From an uncultured Acidobacteriota bacterium (GTDB lineage: Bacteria > Acidobacteriota > Polarisedimenticolia > J045), in the NCBI GenBank assembly GCA_963702425.1, contig CAVPCQ010000017.1, forward strand, positions 128,001-192,000: a DNA stretch of 64,000 bases, written 5' to 3'. A model generated the notes under the pieces. It was given only the letters and a program-made list of their open reading frames with translations. It searched no databases and was not told where the DNA came from. Position 1 is the first letter of the stretch. Every line of letters starts with the position of its first letter. The position numbers were made by a program, and so were the translations under genes. Positions 20,671 to 32,000 of this stretch are shown here, piece by piece.

Positions 20671-20983
20671 CTCCCTACCGTTTCTCTCGGTCTACCGCAG
20701 ACGCCAAACGAGAGTATCGACAGAAAGCAGCCCCCGATTCAACGGCGGATTACCGAGGGAGGGATCAGCATTTTCCCTAGGGGTGAGCGTCCGGCCATCA
20801 CCCCTCCGGCGTGCCTGGGCCACTTTCCGCCGAACTGTTGCCGGTCTCGGCGACCGGGTGCCCGACGATCCGCGGCCATTCGACGCTGAGTTGAACGCGG
20901 TCGGACGTGATCTCGGTCCGCGGGCTCTGCTTTAGAGGCTCTCCGACCAGCGGATCGGCAGAGACTTCAGCGACCCGCGAGTT

Positions 20984-22139
20984 GACGAACTAACGTGGTA
21001 GGGCAAAAACGTTGGGAAAGCAAATGACCCTGCGGTCTCCGGGCGCAGTGTGCCAGAGGCTCCTCGGGTCTCTTTCCACGCTTGGCACGTCCGGCCCGCG
21101 CCTCGCCCCTCCCCCGAACTGCCCGTGGTTGCGGGCCGAACCGCTCGCGCTGCTGCTACAGGGACGCTGGTCCCGGGGCGAAGGGACACCGGTCCTCGCG
21201 GTCGTGGACTCCCCGCTCTGAGCTGCAGTCGGCGCCTGCGGGCTCCCGCGAATCGGCGGTTCCGCCCGTGCTCAAGGATGCCGTAAGCGTTGGGCCGGTG
21301 GAGCGCCACGAGGATCCTTTTCGGGCCGTGGCAGCGCGGACACCCCCGCCACCGCGGTCGCGTCGACCCGTCGCGTCAGTCTTCCCGCCAGGAGGAGAAG
21401 GGTGTCGGAGTGTCTTCCGTCGTCGCCTTCCCTCCTTCTCCTTTCGCACGGGAGGCGACTTCAGTGATTGGAGGAACGAACTGGATCACGATGTATGACA
21501 AGGACGGTCTGGCCCTGCGGGTCGAGGCCGTGATCAACGAGCCCGACGAGTTCCGGGTTCGGCGCCGCCTCCGGCGCGGCGGCCGCCGCGTGACGGCGTG
21601 GGTCCCCTTGAGGAAGAGCGTGTCCACCCTCTTCCGCTACCGCGAGATCTCGCTTCAGAGCAGCGCGCCGTATCTCAATGCCCTGGCCCAGGTCGATGAT
21701 CCCTCGACGGGCGTGCACGTCCTGGACTCCCTCACGATGCGCAAGAAGACCGCCGCCGCGCGGCCGGCCAACCCCTTCCATCCGCACTCTCGACCCGAAA
21801 CTCAGCTCTTCGCCGCCCTGATGCGCGCGAATGCGCTCCACGGATTCACGAATCACGACCTCAGCAACAGGCTCGACCCCGCCGCGTTTCGCCTTGACGA
21901 CGATCCCCGCAAGCGCAACGCCCAGATCAGCCGGCTTCTTCATGGGCTCCACGTCTGCCGACTGATCGCCAAGATCCCGCGCTGCCGCCGCTCACGGTCA
22001 CCGACTGCGGCTGGCGCGTCATGAGCACGGCTCTCGAGTTGCGCTACCGGGAGTTTCCAGCCCCCTTCATTGGTTTCGCTTGAAGCGGCTGCCCACTTCT
22101 CTGCAGAATACGGAGAAGTTGCGAAGAGAAGATCTACCC
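20984..22139 (+). mobile_element. Degenerate unclassified mobile element, copy 2
   Basis: NWITMYDKDGLALRVEAVINEPDEFRV...GFTNHDL...SRLLHGLHVCRLIAKIPR; 3' non-coding end matches 11967-12010; 5' boundary tentative. Confidence 0.6.
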
Positions 22140-22179
22140 GCCCTCCTCCTCGAGGCCACAGTTGAGAGGGATGCTGACG

Positions 22180-23244
22180 ATGAAGCTGGAAGACCTGGGA
22201 TACGACGAATTCTTTGAAGAAGGGCGCGAGGCGTCCGGGTTTCCAAGCTGCGCGGTAGCGCGGGTCGCGGCGGAGCACAGGGGTTTCTACAGGATCATCA
22301 GCCCGGACGGCGAGTGCCTGGCCGAGGTCGCCGGGAAACTGGCCCACGCGGCGTTGAAACGGGAGGATTACCCGGCGGTGGGGGACTGGGTGGCCGTTAC
22401 CGGGATGGAGCCGGGGCCGGCGGTGATCCACGGCATCCTGCCGAGGAGGACGCTGCTCAGGAGGATGAACACCGGTCGGCCGGAACCCCAGGTGATCGCC
22501 GCCAACATCGATCTCGCCTTCATCGTCGAGTCCATCGACCGCGACTTCAACCTGAACCGCCTGGAGAGGTACCTGGCCATCGCCTGGGACGCCGGCATCA
22601 AGACCACGGTCATCCTGAACAAGATCGACCTGATCTCCGTCCCTGAGCGGTCATCATTCAGCTCTCGCATCGAGAGCAGGTTCCATACCGGCGAGGTCCT
22701 CATGGTGAGTGCCGCTTCAGGTGAGGGCCTGGGTGGATTGACGAACCGCATCCCGAGAGGAAAAACCGGCTGCTTCCTGGGGTCCTCGGGGGTCGGCAAG
22801 TCCAGCCTGATCAACCGGCTGCTCGAAGCAGCGGTCATCCGGACGGAAGTGATCAGCGCTCATACCGGACAGGGCCAACACACCACGACGGCCAGGGAAA
22901 TGTACTTCATGAAGAACGGCGGGATCGTCGTCGACAACCCGGGCATGCGGGAAGTGGGAGTGGCGGCCTCGGCGACCGTGATCGAGGACACCTTCGAGGA
23001 TGTGGCCGAACTGGCCGGGCGGTGCGCCTTCCGGGATTGCACGCATGAGCACGAACCGGGATGCGCAGTGCGCGAGGCGATTGAAACCGGCGGGTTGGAC
23101 CGGAAGAGGTTCGCCAATTACCTCAAACTGAAGCAGGAAGCGGAGCACTTCGAGATGACGGCGCTGGAAAAGCGGCGGAAAGACCGGAGTTTCGGGCAAT
23201 ACGTCAAGCGGGCGAAGAAGCAGTCCAGGAAACCGAGGGATTGA
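22180..23244 (+). CDS. rsgA: Ribosome small subunit-dependent GTPase A family
   Basis: PAVGDWV, VIAANID, NKID (G4), GSSGVGKSS (G1), HTTT, DNPG, CAFRDCTHEHEPGCAV Zn site. Confidence 0.93.
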   Translation: MKLEDLGYDEFFEEGREASGFPSCAVARVAAEHRGFYRIISPDGECLAEVAGKLAHAALKREDYPAVGDWVAVTGMEPGPAVIHGILPRRTLLRRMNTGRPEPQVIAANIDLAFIVESIDRDFNLNRLERYLAIAWDAGIKTTVILNKIDLISVPERSSFSSRIESRFHTGEVLMVSAASGEGLGGLTNRIPRGKTGCFLGSSGVGKSSLINRLLEAAVIRTEVISAHTGQGQHTTTAREMYFMKNGGIVVDNPGMREVGVAASATVIEDTFEDVAELAGRCAFRDCTHEHEPGCAVREAIETGGLDRKRFANYLKLKQEAEHFEMTALEKRRKDRSFGQYVKRAKKQSRKPRD

Positions 23245-23247
23245 GGC

Positions 23248-23738
23248 TGTGCTTCGCCAAAATCGAATCCATGCGTCGGCATGACTGATGCCTCCGTGAA
23301 TGCCGGGGCAAGCGGAGGTCGGCCGCTGTGCTCGGGCCTCCAGCATGACGCCGCGATTTCCGGCGCCCGTACCGTCGGAAGCCTTCGCGCTGCCAGCGCA
23401 GGGCTGAACGATGGCGAGCGCCTCCTCCCATCGGATCCACCAGCGGCGCAGAGCCAACCAGAGAAGGCGGTCGATGAGGAGAAGGCGGGACCGGGGGTTC
23501 TTCCGCCGGAGGACGGCACGCTGCTGGCGGAGGGCGAGATTCTCGATCAGAAGCTCAGCGCGGCTGGCGAAGATCGCGAGAAGAGTCCGGACGACGGCAA
23601 CGACGCGGTTGAACATCCGCGCCCGATGACGGCGGTACGGACGGAGGGCAACCGAGCTCGTCCGCCGGAGAGTCGGTTATCCTGCATAGGAACGCAACTC
23701 GTTGAAGGGCAGGGCGGTCGGGGATATGGCGGGAGACA
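23248..23738 (-). mobile_element. Internally deleted IS481-like element (both ends plus transposase 5' part)
   Basis: TGT/ACA imperfect inverted ends; MFNRVVAVV..ENLALRQQRAVLRRKNPR..DRLLWLALRRWW. Confidence 0.75.
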
Positions 23739-23741
23739 GGT

Positions 23742-23830
23742 GCGCAGGAGCTCGAGGAGAACGGCCGCGGTCAGCTCGGCGTCGAATGCCAGCCGGTAGC
23801 ACAGCGCGAACGGCAGCGTCAGCACCCAGC
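23742..23830 (-). pseudogene. IS91-family transposase fragment
   Basis: WVLTLPFALCYRLAFDAELTAAVL resembles the RQWVLSLPxxLR motif region of Y2 transposases. Confidence 0.55.
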
Positions 23831-24164
23831 CCGCCCCCGCCCGTCCGCATGCCCTGCGGCGAAGGACTCACGGCTGGGCCGGTCTCCGCTTGGCAGGTGC
23901 CCCGGTCTCCTGAGTCGAACCGATCCCGGCCGAAGATCAACCCCATCCTCATGGTGTACACTCTAAAACCGACGACGGCGGGACGAAATACCGTTTATCC
24001 CTGCGCCGCGTCGAGGCGAGCATCTCCGGCCCGCAGAGGCGCGCATGGCAGCGGATGACGAAGGCTCCGGCCAGAAAGCACCGCATAGCGACATCCTGCA
24101 GGCGCTGGGTAACCTGATCGCCGGCCCCAGGAACCAGCCGTTGCTGTGGGAGCGGCGCGGCCTG

Positions 24165-26170
24165 GTAGGGTCGAGGACTGGCGCGGTACCCCTTGGACGC
24201 GGCCTATCCGTTGCTCCCCGTTTCCTCTGGGAGTGCCTCACTAGCCACATCGTGGGCCCGTTTCCAGCCCCCGCCACATCGCACGCAGCAAGCGGATTTC
24301 CCGCACTACGCGCTCCTGCACACTTCGCATCAAGGGTTATGAAACCGTTCGGCCGGAGCGACTTTCGGTGATGAGGACACGAGGTATCGGATCCGGTAAT
24401 CGCCGAATAGTCCGAGAGTCTCGTACAGCCATCGCCTACTCCACCGCTTCCAGCCGAAGCCGGGGCGCAATCGGGCCCGCGCCAGGTGACGCCTGATCTT
24501 CTCTTCTACCCAGTTTCGGATGAACGACAGACACCGGCTCGAGTGCCCGTGCGCGAAGTAAGTCACCCAACCGCGCAGGATGGGATTGATCTTCTCGACC
24601 AACCTCCTGGTCGGTTGGGAACGAAGGCGGCGAAACCACGTCTTGACCTCGCGTAGCAACGCCGTCCGGTTCTTCAGCTGCGGCGTGCGCAGCGGCATCC
24701 ACCGCCCTGCACGACTCCGCACTCGGCGAAACTCAAAGCCGAGGAATCCGAAGCTCTCCCCTCGCGTCAGGTCCACGTTCCGGCTCTTCTCCTCGTTCAC
24801 CTCCACCCGCAGCTTGGCCAGCTCCTCCCGAAGCCGTTTCTCCACCGCTCGACGAAGCCACGCATGACGCGGATGAGAGTCCACCAACAGCACCAGGTCG
24901 TCGGCAAACCGAGCGTACTCGATCGCCGTGAATCGACCGTAGCGCGTGACCTCTTTCGCCCGCTCCAGCATCCTGTCCACCTCGTTGAGGTACAGATTGC
25001 TCAGCAAGGCTGAGATCACACCGCCTTGAGGAACTCCCACCTTCCCGGAAGCCTTCAGGATCATTCGCAGCAAGTGCATCACGTCCTCGTCATCGACTCG
25101 CTTGGCTACCTTCCCCAACACGATGGCGTGTGCCACCGTGTCGAAGTAGGAACGCAGGTCGAGATCGATGACATACGTCTTACCTTGAATGATCGCATCC
25201 GAGACCCGTTGCACCGCGTCCTGCGGTCTTCGCCTGGGTCGGTAGCCACATGACCCCGACTGAAAGCCCGCCTCGAAGATCGGTTCCAGGATGAGCTTGA
25301 GCGCTCCCTGGACCACCCGGTCCCGGATGGTTGGGATCGACAGGACGCGGAACGTGCCGCCCGCCTTGGGAATCTCAACCTTCCGGACCCGTAGGGGACG
25401 ATGGATGCGTTCGCTCAGTTCCCTCCTGAGCTGCTCCACGAAGCTATCCACGCCCTGCGCCTCGATCGCTTCGAACGTGACCCCATCAATCCCCGGGGCC
25501 CCGTTGTTCTTCTTGGCGAGTCGATACGCCTCTCGTAGCGTCTCCGTCTTGCACACGTGCACATACAGTCCCCAAAAAGCGCCAAGACGGCTCGGCCTTC
25601 GCCTTGACGTATATCCTTCGTCTCAGGTCTTGCAGATCGACGGGTGCTTTTGTCATTTCACCCCTGCCTTCCATGTTGACGAAGGATTCGTGTGCAGCAG
25701 GGCCCCTTCGCTCTACGGGCGTTACCCCGCTTCTTCGCTACTTCGGACCCGGCCGCCACCGTCTCGTCTTCGGTCGATTTCCCGGGGTCTCCGGTCATTC
25801 GACCTACCTTGCTCCGTCGATTTCTCGACGGGACGAGGACGGCTTCTCCAGTTGCTCGGCATGTCCTTGTCACCGTGCTGCCCCTACCACCCCGCCGGAG
25901 TGACCCGCCGCCTCGGTCAGATTGCGACGGACCATGCTGCCTTCGCCCCGAGGCAGAGAGCTCGGCCTCCGGAATCATCATTCGTCGAGGCCACCTCTGG
26001 GTTCACTCGCGTTGCGGCCCGGTGACTCGCTCACCATCCCGAAGATGGCTTTGTCAGTCGGCTTCACCAGATTCGTTTCCTCCACTGATGCGACCCGAGC
26101 TACGGGGCTTCTGACTTTTGCCCCGGTGGGACTCACTCCCACTGAACATGCCAGCCTTCGCTGGACGCAC
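24165..26170 (-). mobile_element. Group II intron 2 (class E-like, endonuclease-less), inserted in an IS terminal repeat
   Basis: 5' GTGCG at 26170; domain V GAGCGCGTAGTGCGGGAAATCCGCTTGCTGCGTGCG; 3' end CTCGACCCTAC at 24165; removal rebuilds the IS end TG|TCCCTCGCC. Confidence 0.92.
24330..25656 (-). CDS. ltrA: Group II intron reverse transcriptase/maturase, +1 frameshift in a homopolymer near 25575
   Basis: MTKAPVDLQDLRRRIYVKAKAEPSWRF then HVCK..GAPGIDG, IPTIRDRVVQ, GVPQGGVIS, FADD, FGFLG, INPILRGWVTYF. Confidence 0.93.
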
Positions 26171-26717
26171 TCCCTCGCCACAACCCCGTCCGCCTTGTCC
26201 TTCATCGAGTTGCGTTCCCATGTAGGCGACCCGAATCGTCCGCGGACGAGCCCGATCGCCCTCAGTTCCTACCGCCGTCAGCGCGCGTGGATGCTCAACC
26301 GCCTCCTTGCCGTCGTCATGCGATGCCATCGCGAAGGTGTCAGACGGTACGGGCGCTGGACATCGCGGCGCCACGCTGGACGCCCGAGCACATCGGGCGG
26401 CCTCCGCGCGCTCGTCCACCGGATGGCGACTGAGAATCCGTCGACCGCGACGACCGGACGCACTTGTCCCTGAAGAAGGACGCTCCCGCGATGCGAGCTG
26501 TGGAGACGAGCACCGATCCAGCCGCGGAAATCATCGCTCGCCCGCTCCTCGGCGGACTTCACCACCGGTATGGCTGGCGTCCCGCAGCCTGACGCTCTCG
26601 CTCGACCGATCTGCTGCCGCCGCCGCCGCGTCGTCACCGAGCGCGAGTGCCTCTTGCCCCGGCATTCACCGAGGCATCAGTCATGCCGACGCGTGGATGC
26701 GATTCTTGCGAAGCACA
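26171..26717 (+). mobile_element. Internally deleted IS481-like element; its first two bases lie at 24163-24164, before the intron
   Basis: Left end matches 23700-23738; RMATENPS and RPLLGGLHHRY remnants; right end TTGCGAAGCACA. Confidence 0.75.
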
Positions 26718-26863
26718 CCTCAGCGTACCCCCGTGGGATCCCCTTGCCGCCGCGCCTCGTCTCGGGAGCGCGCGTTCGCCGATGATCGTTGCCTCCGCTG
26801 GTGTCTCGGTCGCTGTTCTCGACCCGATCCGGCTCGGGATGCTCATGGGCCGCTCGCAGTCGG

Positions 26864-28099
26864 TCAGATCCGCTCGATCGCGAGCAGCGACACGTCGTCG
26901 CGCAGGTGGCCTCCCGACCAGTCCCGAACGAGATCGGCGACGAGTTCGAGCCCTGCCCGCAGGGGGCGGTGCCGCCCCCGGTCGATCTCCGCTACCAGCC
27001 TCTCGTAGCCGAACTCCTGCTCCAACGCGTTCGGCGCTTCGATGACTCCGTCCGTGTAGAAGTACAGCCGATCCCCGGGTTGGAGGATCACGGTCTCGTC
27101 GTCGTAGGTCGCGTGCTCGATCATCCCGATCGGCAGGCCGCTGCCGTGAAGCCGGACCGGCGTCCCCGCCTTGGGAAAGAGGATGGGGGCGGGGTGGCCG
27201 GCCATGACGTACTGGAAGAGCCCTCGTGACGCGTCGAAGACCCCGTACACGAACGTGAAATACTGTCGCGTTCGATCCATCGGGAACTGCCGGTTGAGAC
27301 GCTCCGCTACGCGCGATGGCGGAACTACGCTGAGTCCGTCTGTTTTCGCCTCGAGGAGAAGCGCCCCTTCGACCGATGGCGACAGCATGTGATTCAAGGT
27401 GAACGACAGGAGGGCCGCCCCCACTCCGTGGCCGCTGACGTCCAGCAGGTAAAGCCCCACCGGGCCGTGCGGGAAGGCGACCACTCCCACCGCATCACCC
27501 GCCAGGTCGGTGCAGGGGTGGAACGCACGGGCGATGCGCAATCCACCCAGGTGCAGTTCCGCCGGCGGGAGCAGGGCGTTCTGGATTCGCGCCGCCAGTT
27601 GGAGATCGTGTTCGAGCACCTCCTTGGCCCGACGCAGTCCGTGCTCGGCCTCGCGACGCACGCTGACGTCCGACTGGATGCCGATGAAGTGGGTGACCTC
27701 GCCGAGGTCGTTGCGGACCGGCGTGATCGAGAGCCGGTTCCAGAACGCGGTGCCGTCACGCCTGTAGTTCAGGATCTCGACGATGCACTCGCGTTGCTCG
27801 GCAACGGCGGCACGGATTTCCGCAACCGCGTCCGGATCGGTGTCGGGCCCCTGAAGAAACCGGCAGTTCCTGCCCAGCACATCCGCGATCGCGTACCCCG
27901 TCATGCGCTCGAAGCCCTCGTTCACGTAGATGAGGGGCCGGTCCGGCAGCCGGGCGTCCGCAATGGTGATGCCCTCAGCCGCGACGTCGAGCGCACGGTC
28001 CTTCAACTCGGGGTGGTCCGCCAGCGCTCGTTCCTGGAGACGGGCGGCGGCCGACGCTTCGATGTGTTGGTCAGGGGGCTCGGTTGACACGCGCACCAC
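26864..28099 (-). CDS. LOV-domain PP2C/SpoIIE (RsbU-like) phosphatase
   Basis: GRNCRFLQG and NYRRDGTAFWN LOV motifs; LAGD, DVSGHG, AGHPAP, YTDGVIEA, DDVS phosphatase motifs. Confidence 0.93.
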   Translation of the reverse strand: MVRVSTEPPDQHIEASAAARLQERALADHPELKDRALDVAAEGITIADARLPDRPLIYVNEGFERMTGYAIADVLGRNCRFLQGPDTDPDAVAEIRAAVAEQRECIVEILNYRRDGTAFWNRLSITPVRNDLGEVTHFIGIQSDVSVRREAEHGLRRAKEVLEHDLQLAARIQNALLPPAELHLGGLRIARAFHPCTDLAGDAVGVVAFPHGPVGLYLLDVSGHGVGAALLSFTLNHMLSPSVEGALLLEAKTDGLSVVPPSRVAERLNRQFPMDRTRQYFTFVYGVFDASRGLFQYVMAGHPAPILFPKAGTPVRLHGSGLPIGMIEHATYDDETVILQPGDRLYFYTDGVIEAPNALEQEFGYERLVAEIDRGRHRPLRAGLELVADLVRDWSGGHLRDDVSLLAIERI

Positions 28100-28159
28100 T
28101 CTCCGGGTCGGGTGTGATCATACTCCGGCTATCGGCGACCTCCGAGGGGGTAAAAACGC

Positions 28160-29014
28160 TGTGCGTCGCCTTGACTTCGTCCGCCCTACCCTTCAGCGAG
28201 TTGCGTTCCTATTCAGGCTACCCGAATCGCCCGCGGACGAGCCCGGTCGCCCTCCGGCCATACCGCCGTCAACGTGCGTGGATGCCCAACCGCCTCCTTG
28301 CGGTCGTCATGCGCTGGGATCGCGAAGGCTTCAGACGGTACGGGCGCTGGACATCGCGGCGCCACGCTGGACGCCCGAGCACAACGGGCGACCTCCGTGC
28401 GTTCGTCCACCGGATGGCGACCGAGAATCCGTCGTGGGGAGCGCCGCGCATCCACGGCGAGATCCAGGAACTCGCCCTGGAGGTCTCCGAACGCACAGTC
28501 TCTCGCTACATGCCCCGGCGTCCGGCACATCCCGACGCACGGCAGCGCTGGCGCATGTTTCTCGCCGACCACCGCGGGGTCATCGCCGCGATCTGCTCGA
28601 CCACGTCATCGTCCCGAACGAGAAGCACCTGCAGCGCCTTCTGGCCGGCTTCGTCTCGTACGACCTCAACGATCGCACGCACTTGTCCTGAAGACGGATG
28701 CTCCCGCGATGCGAGCTGTGGAGTCGAAGCCCGATCCAGCCGCCGAGGTCATCGCCCGACCTCGCCTTGGCGGACTTCATCACCGGTACAGCTGGCGTCC
28801 CGCAGCCTGACGATTCCGCTCGAATAGTCCGTCACAGCTGCTTTGTCGCGGAGCACGTGTACTCTTGCGGACGGCAGTCCGCCGCCCTCTCTGTCAACCG
28901 GTGGGCATGACCGTCGCCGACACATGCAGGGGCGCGTTCGGCCGGCGACTCTGCCTCCCATTCCGAGCCGCGTGGGCCATCAGCAATGTGCGGACTCGAT
29001 CTTGGCGAAGGACA
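28160..29014 (+). mobile_element. Internally deleted IS481-like element
   Basis: TGT...ACA ends; RMATENPSWGAPRIHGE, VSERTVSRY, LDHVIVPNEKHL, RPRLGGLHHRY. Confidence 0.8.
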
Positions 29015-29028
29015 GGTCGACATCCAGC

Positions 29029-32000
29029 TCAGAAAACGAACTGCAGCTCCGTGCCGCTTTTCAATACCCGGATGCCGCCGGGGTACCCTGAGCCGTCGTC
29101 CAGCTGGTAATACAGGATCGGTCCGTCCGGAGGTGTCCAAACGAACGGGCTCCGCGAAGCGACGCCGATCCTGTTCGTCGGGTTCACGACATTCTGCGGG
29201 TCCGTGGACTGGTAGACGGACACCTCCGGCTGGAACGTCTCCGCGGTGAGGGTGAAGACGCAATCGGCCGGAATCGTGGCGGTGAAGGTGCCGTTGCTGA
29301 CGGGCACCTTGCCGGCATACTCGAGATTCTTCGCGGCCGATGTGTAGTAGAGGTCGAGGCTCGTCAATGCGGGCAGCGACGCCAGCCTCCCTTGCAGGGC
29401 TGCGGCCCCGGCCCCGGTGTTGATGCCGACGATCGTGACCCGGTTCGAGCCCGCGTGGTGGAACGCCAGGAGCGGCGAGAACGGGCCGGTCATTCCGTCG
29501 ACGCCGATGCGCCGCGCGCCGGGACGAACGAACTTGGTGATCTGGGCCACGGTATAGAAGTTCTTGCGCGGCGTGTAGGTCTTCGGCACGGCGTTCTCGT
29601 CATCCACGGAGAACAGGCCCCAGAAGCTCCAGGTCGCGGGCGGGTGGGCGTAGAAGCTGTCGTAGCCTTCCCATACGATGCCGGACGAGGCGCCGTTGGC
29701 AAGGTGGTCGAGCAGGTAGTCCGCCGTTCCCCGGCAGTAGTTCCAATCGTAGTTGCCACGCGTGCCGCTGTCGCAGGTGGGGCACCAGACGTTGAACTCC
29801 GTCATCCAGAACGTGCGATCGGGGTAGGCGGAAGCGCGGATGAAGTCAAGCACGCCGGACGAGCCGCCGCCGTTGTCGGAGTAGCTGTGAACGCCGAAGT
29901 GCGCCAGCTTTGCCATGATGACGGGGTCCGCCATCATTTCGGGCATGTAGCCCGTGCCGCCGCCCGCGCGGTCGGGGCCGACGAATCGCAGGTCGCCGAG
30001 CCCGTTTGCATCCAGCTTCCGCGCCAGTGCGTGCAGGCTAGCGGTGTAGGGAGTCACATCCATGTGGATGCCTTCGTTGTAGATGTCCGGCTCGTTGTTC
30101 GGAGCGACGAGACGGAACTCGAGCCCACGCGTGTTGCGTGCGTACGCCAGCAGCGAGGTGATCGACTCCGCCCATTCCTCTTCCATGCCGGCCCCGAGCG
30201 TACCGCCTCCCATCCATGAAGGTCCCGGTCCCATGAAGTTGAAGAACACGCCGTCCGTCAGCCCGCGCTGGTTGAGGTAGGCGGTCATGTCCCAGAGGCC
30301 GGTGAAGGCGCTCGAGCCGTAGAGCGCGTTGTAGTACGGCCAGTCGAACACGGCGGGATCGGCGTTATCATTGATCGCCTCCCAATCGGTGTTGTCGAAC
30401 ACGATGCGGAACTGCGTCATCCCTGCCTGTTCGATGAGCGCGTCGAGTACCGGTTGAAGCTCCGTGCCGTTCCAACTGCGATGGTTGGCGTTCACGCCGA
30501 AGCCGTCAATCACCTGTCCGATCCGCGCACCGTCAAACGTGACTCCCGGGTCGCCGTTTCCGTCCGTCGCGTAGATGGAGTATGTGCTGTTGCCCGCGCC
30601 GGTGAGCGCGACGGGGTCGGGCCACGAGCCGTAGTTGTAGCGGCCCCAGCGCAGCGTGCCGCCGTTCTCCGCGTAGACCCGCGCGTCGGCGGCATCCGAC
30701 CAGATGGCCAGCCAGTAGAAACTCCCGTTGGTTACCGATAGCGGCTCGGTCAGTGCAAACCTCTGCCAGCCGTCGGCGGGATTGGTAACTTCCACACTCG
30801 CACGCAGCAGCCGGTCTGCGCTCCCGCCGTTGTCGGAGTAGATGGCGCAGCGGTAGCGGCCCGTGCTGGCGGTCACTTTCGCGAAGATGTTCGTCGCCGT
30901 CAGGTCGGCGGACGCCTGGAAGCGGCTGGCGTTGATCCATGCGCCGTTGTCCCAGAGCGTGTCGGTGAACGTCCCTTGGTCCGTGTTGCCCAACACGGCT
31001 GCCGCGCCAGTCCCGGAAACGGTGACGGTCACGGGTGTCGACGTCTTGCTCAGACCGAGGTCGTCGGTGGCCCGCGCGGTGAACGTGTAGGTGCCCACGG
31101 GGACGTTGACCCAGCTGAAGCTGTACGGCACGGTCCTGTCCTCGCCGATCTTGGTCCCGCCGCTCAAGAACTCAACGGCGGCGACCGGGGCGGCGTTGCC
31201 GGTCGCGTCTGCGATCAGCGTGATCAGCGCCGGCGCCTCGAACGTCGCGCCGGCATCCGGGCTGGTGAGGCTGACGGTCGGCGGCAGGTTGCCGGGGTCT
31301 GTCGTGAGGCGCACCTGGCCGCCGCGTGTGTGATGGACGGCCACGGCATGATCGCCGCCGCCGAGGTCGCGGACCGTCCAGCCGTCGCTCGCCAGGTCGG
31401 TCCGCTGCGGCAGGCGCGAGCCGGCCAGGGTCACCTCCGTGGGCAAGTAGCTGAGTCGCAGGTACTCGGTGTCCGTCGCATCCTGCGCGGTGTACCGGAC
31501 CTCGCCCGGACCGTACGAAACGTCGGTGAGAACTCCGCGGCTGTAAAGGATGTGGTCCTCCCGGGGAGGGGCCCACTCCGGCATCGCGGCGAAGGCATGG
31601 TAGAACATGCGAGGGGCTTCGCCATAGCAATCGGACCACCAGGTGGCGATACCGGGGGAGTAAGGGCTTTCTGTCGCCCGGCCCTCGGAATCACTGCAGT
31701 AAGTCACCCAGTTCAAGGAGCGGTAGGCCTTCTCGAGATAGGCCGTATCCCCCGACGCCCGGTACCACCGGGCGCACTCGGCGGCGTAGCGAGCCGTCTG
31801 ATAGTCCATCTTGTAGAGGAAACCGTCCTGTTCCCCCACGATGGCGGCGCCGTAGGCCGTCGCCGGCTCGCCGCCGGTGGTGCGGTAGACGAAGTTGTCC
31901 TCGGTCCACTGAATGAGGGCGGGCAGATGGGTCTGCCAGTCCGGATCGAATTCCGGGTGGTCGTACATATAGAGAGCCGTGTTGCTCTTGCTCAGGTTGC

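Noticed and set aside
20860-20885. 15-nt match (cgacgatccgcggcc) to the sequence downstream of the HAF/TSP3 gene
   Set aside because: Short and GC-rich with no extension on either side; may be chance
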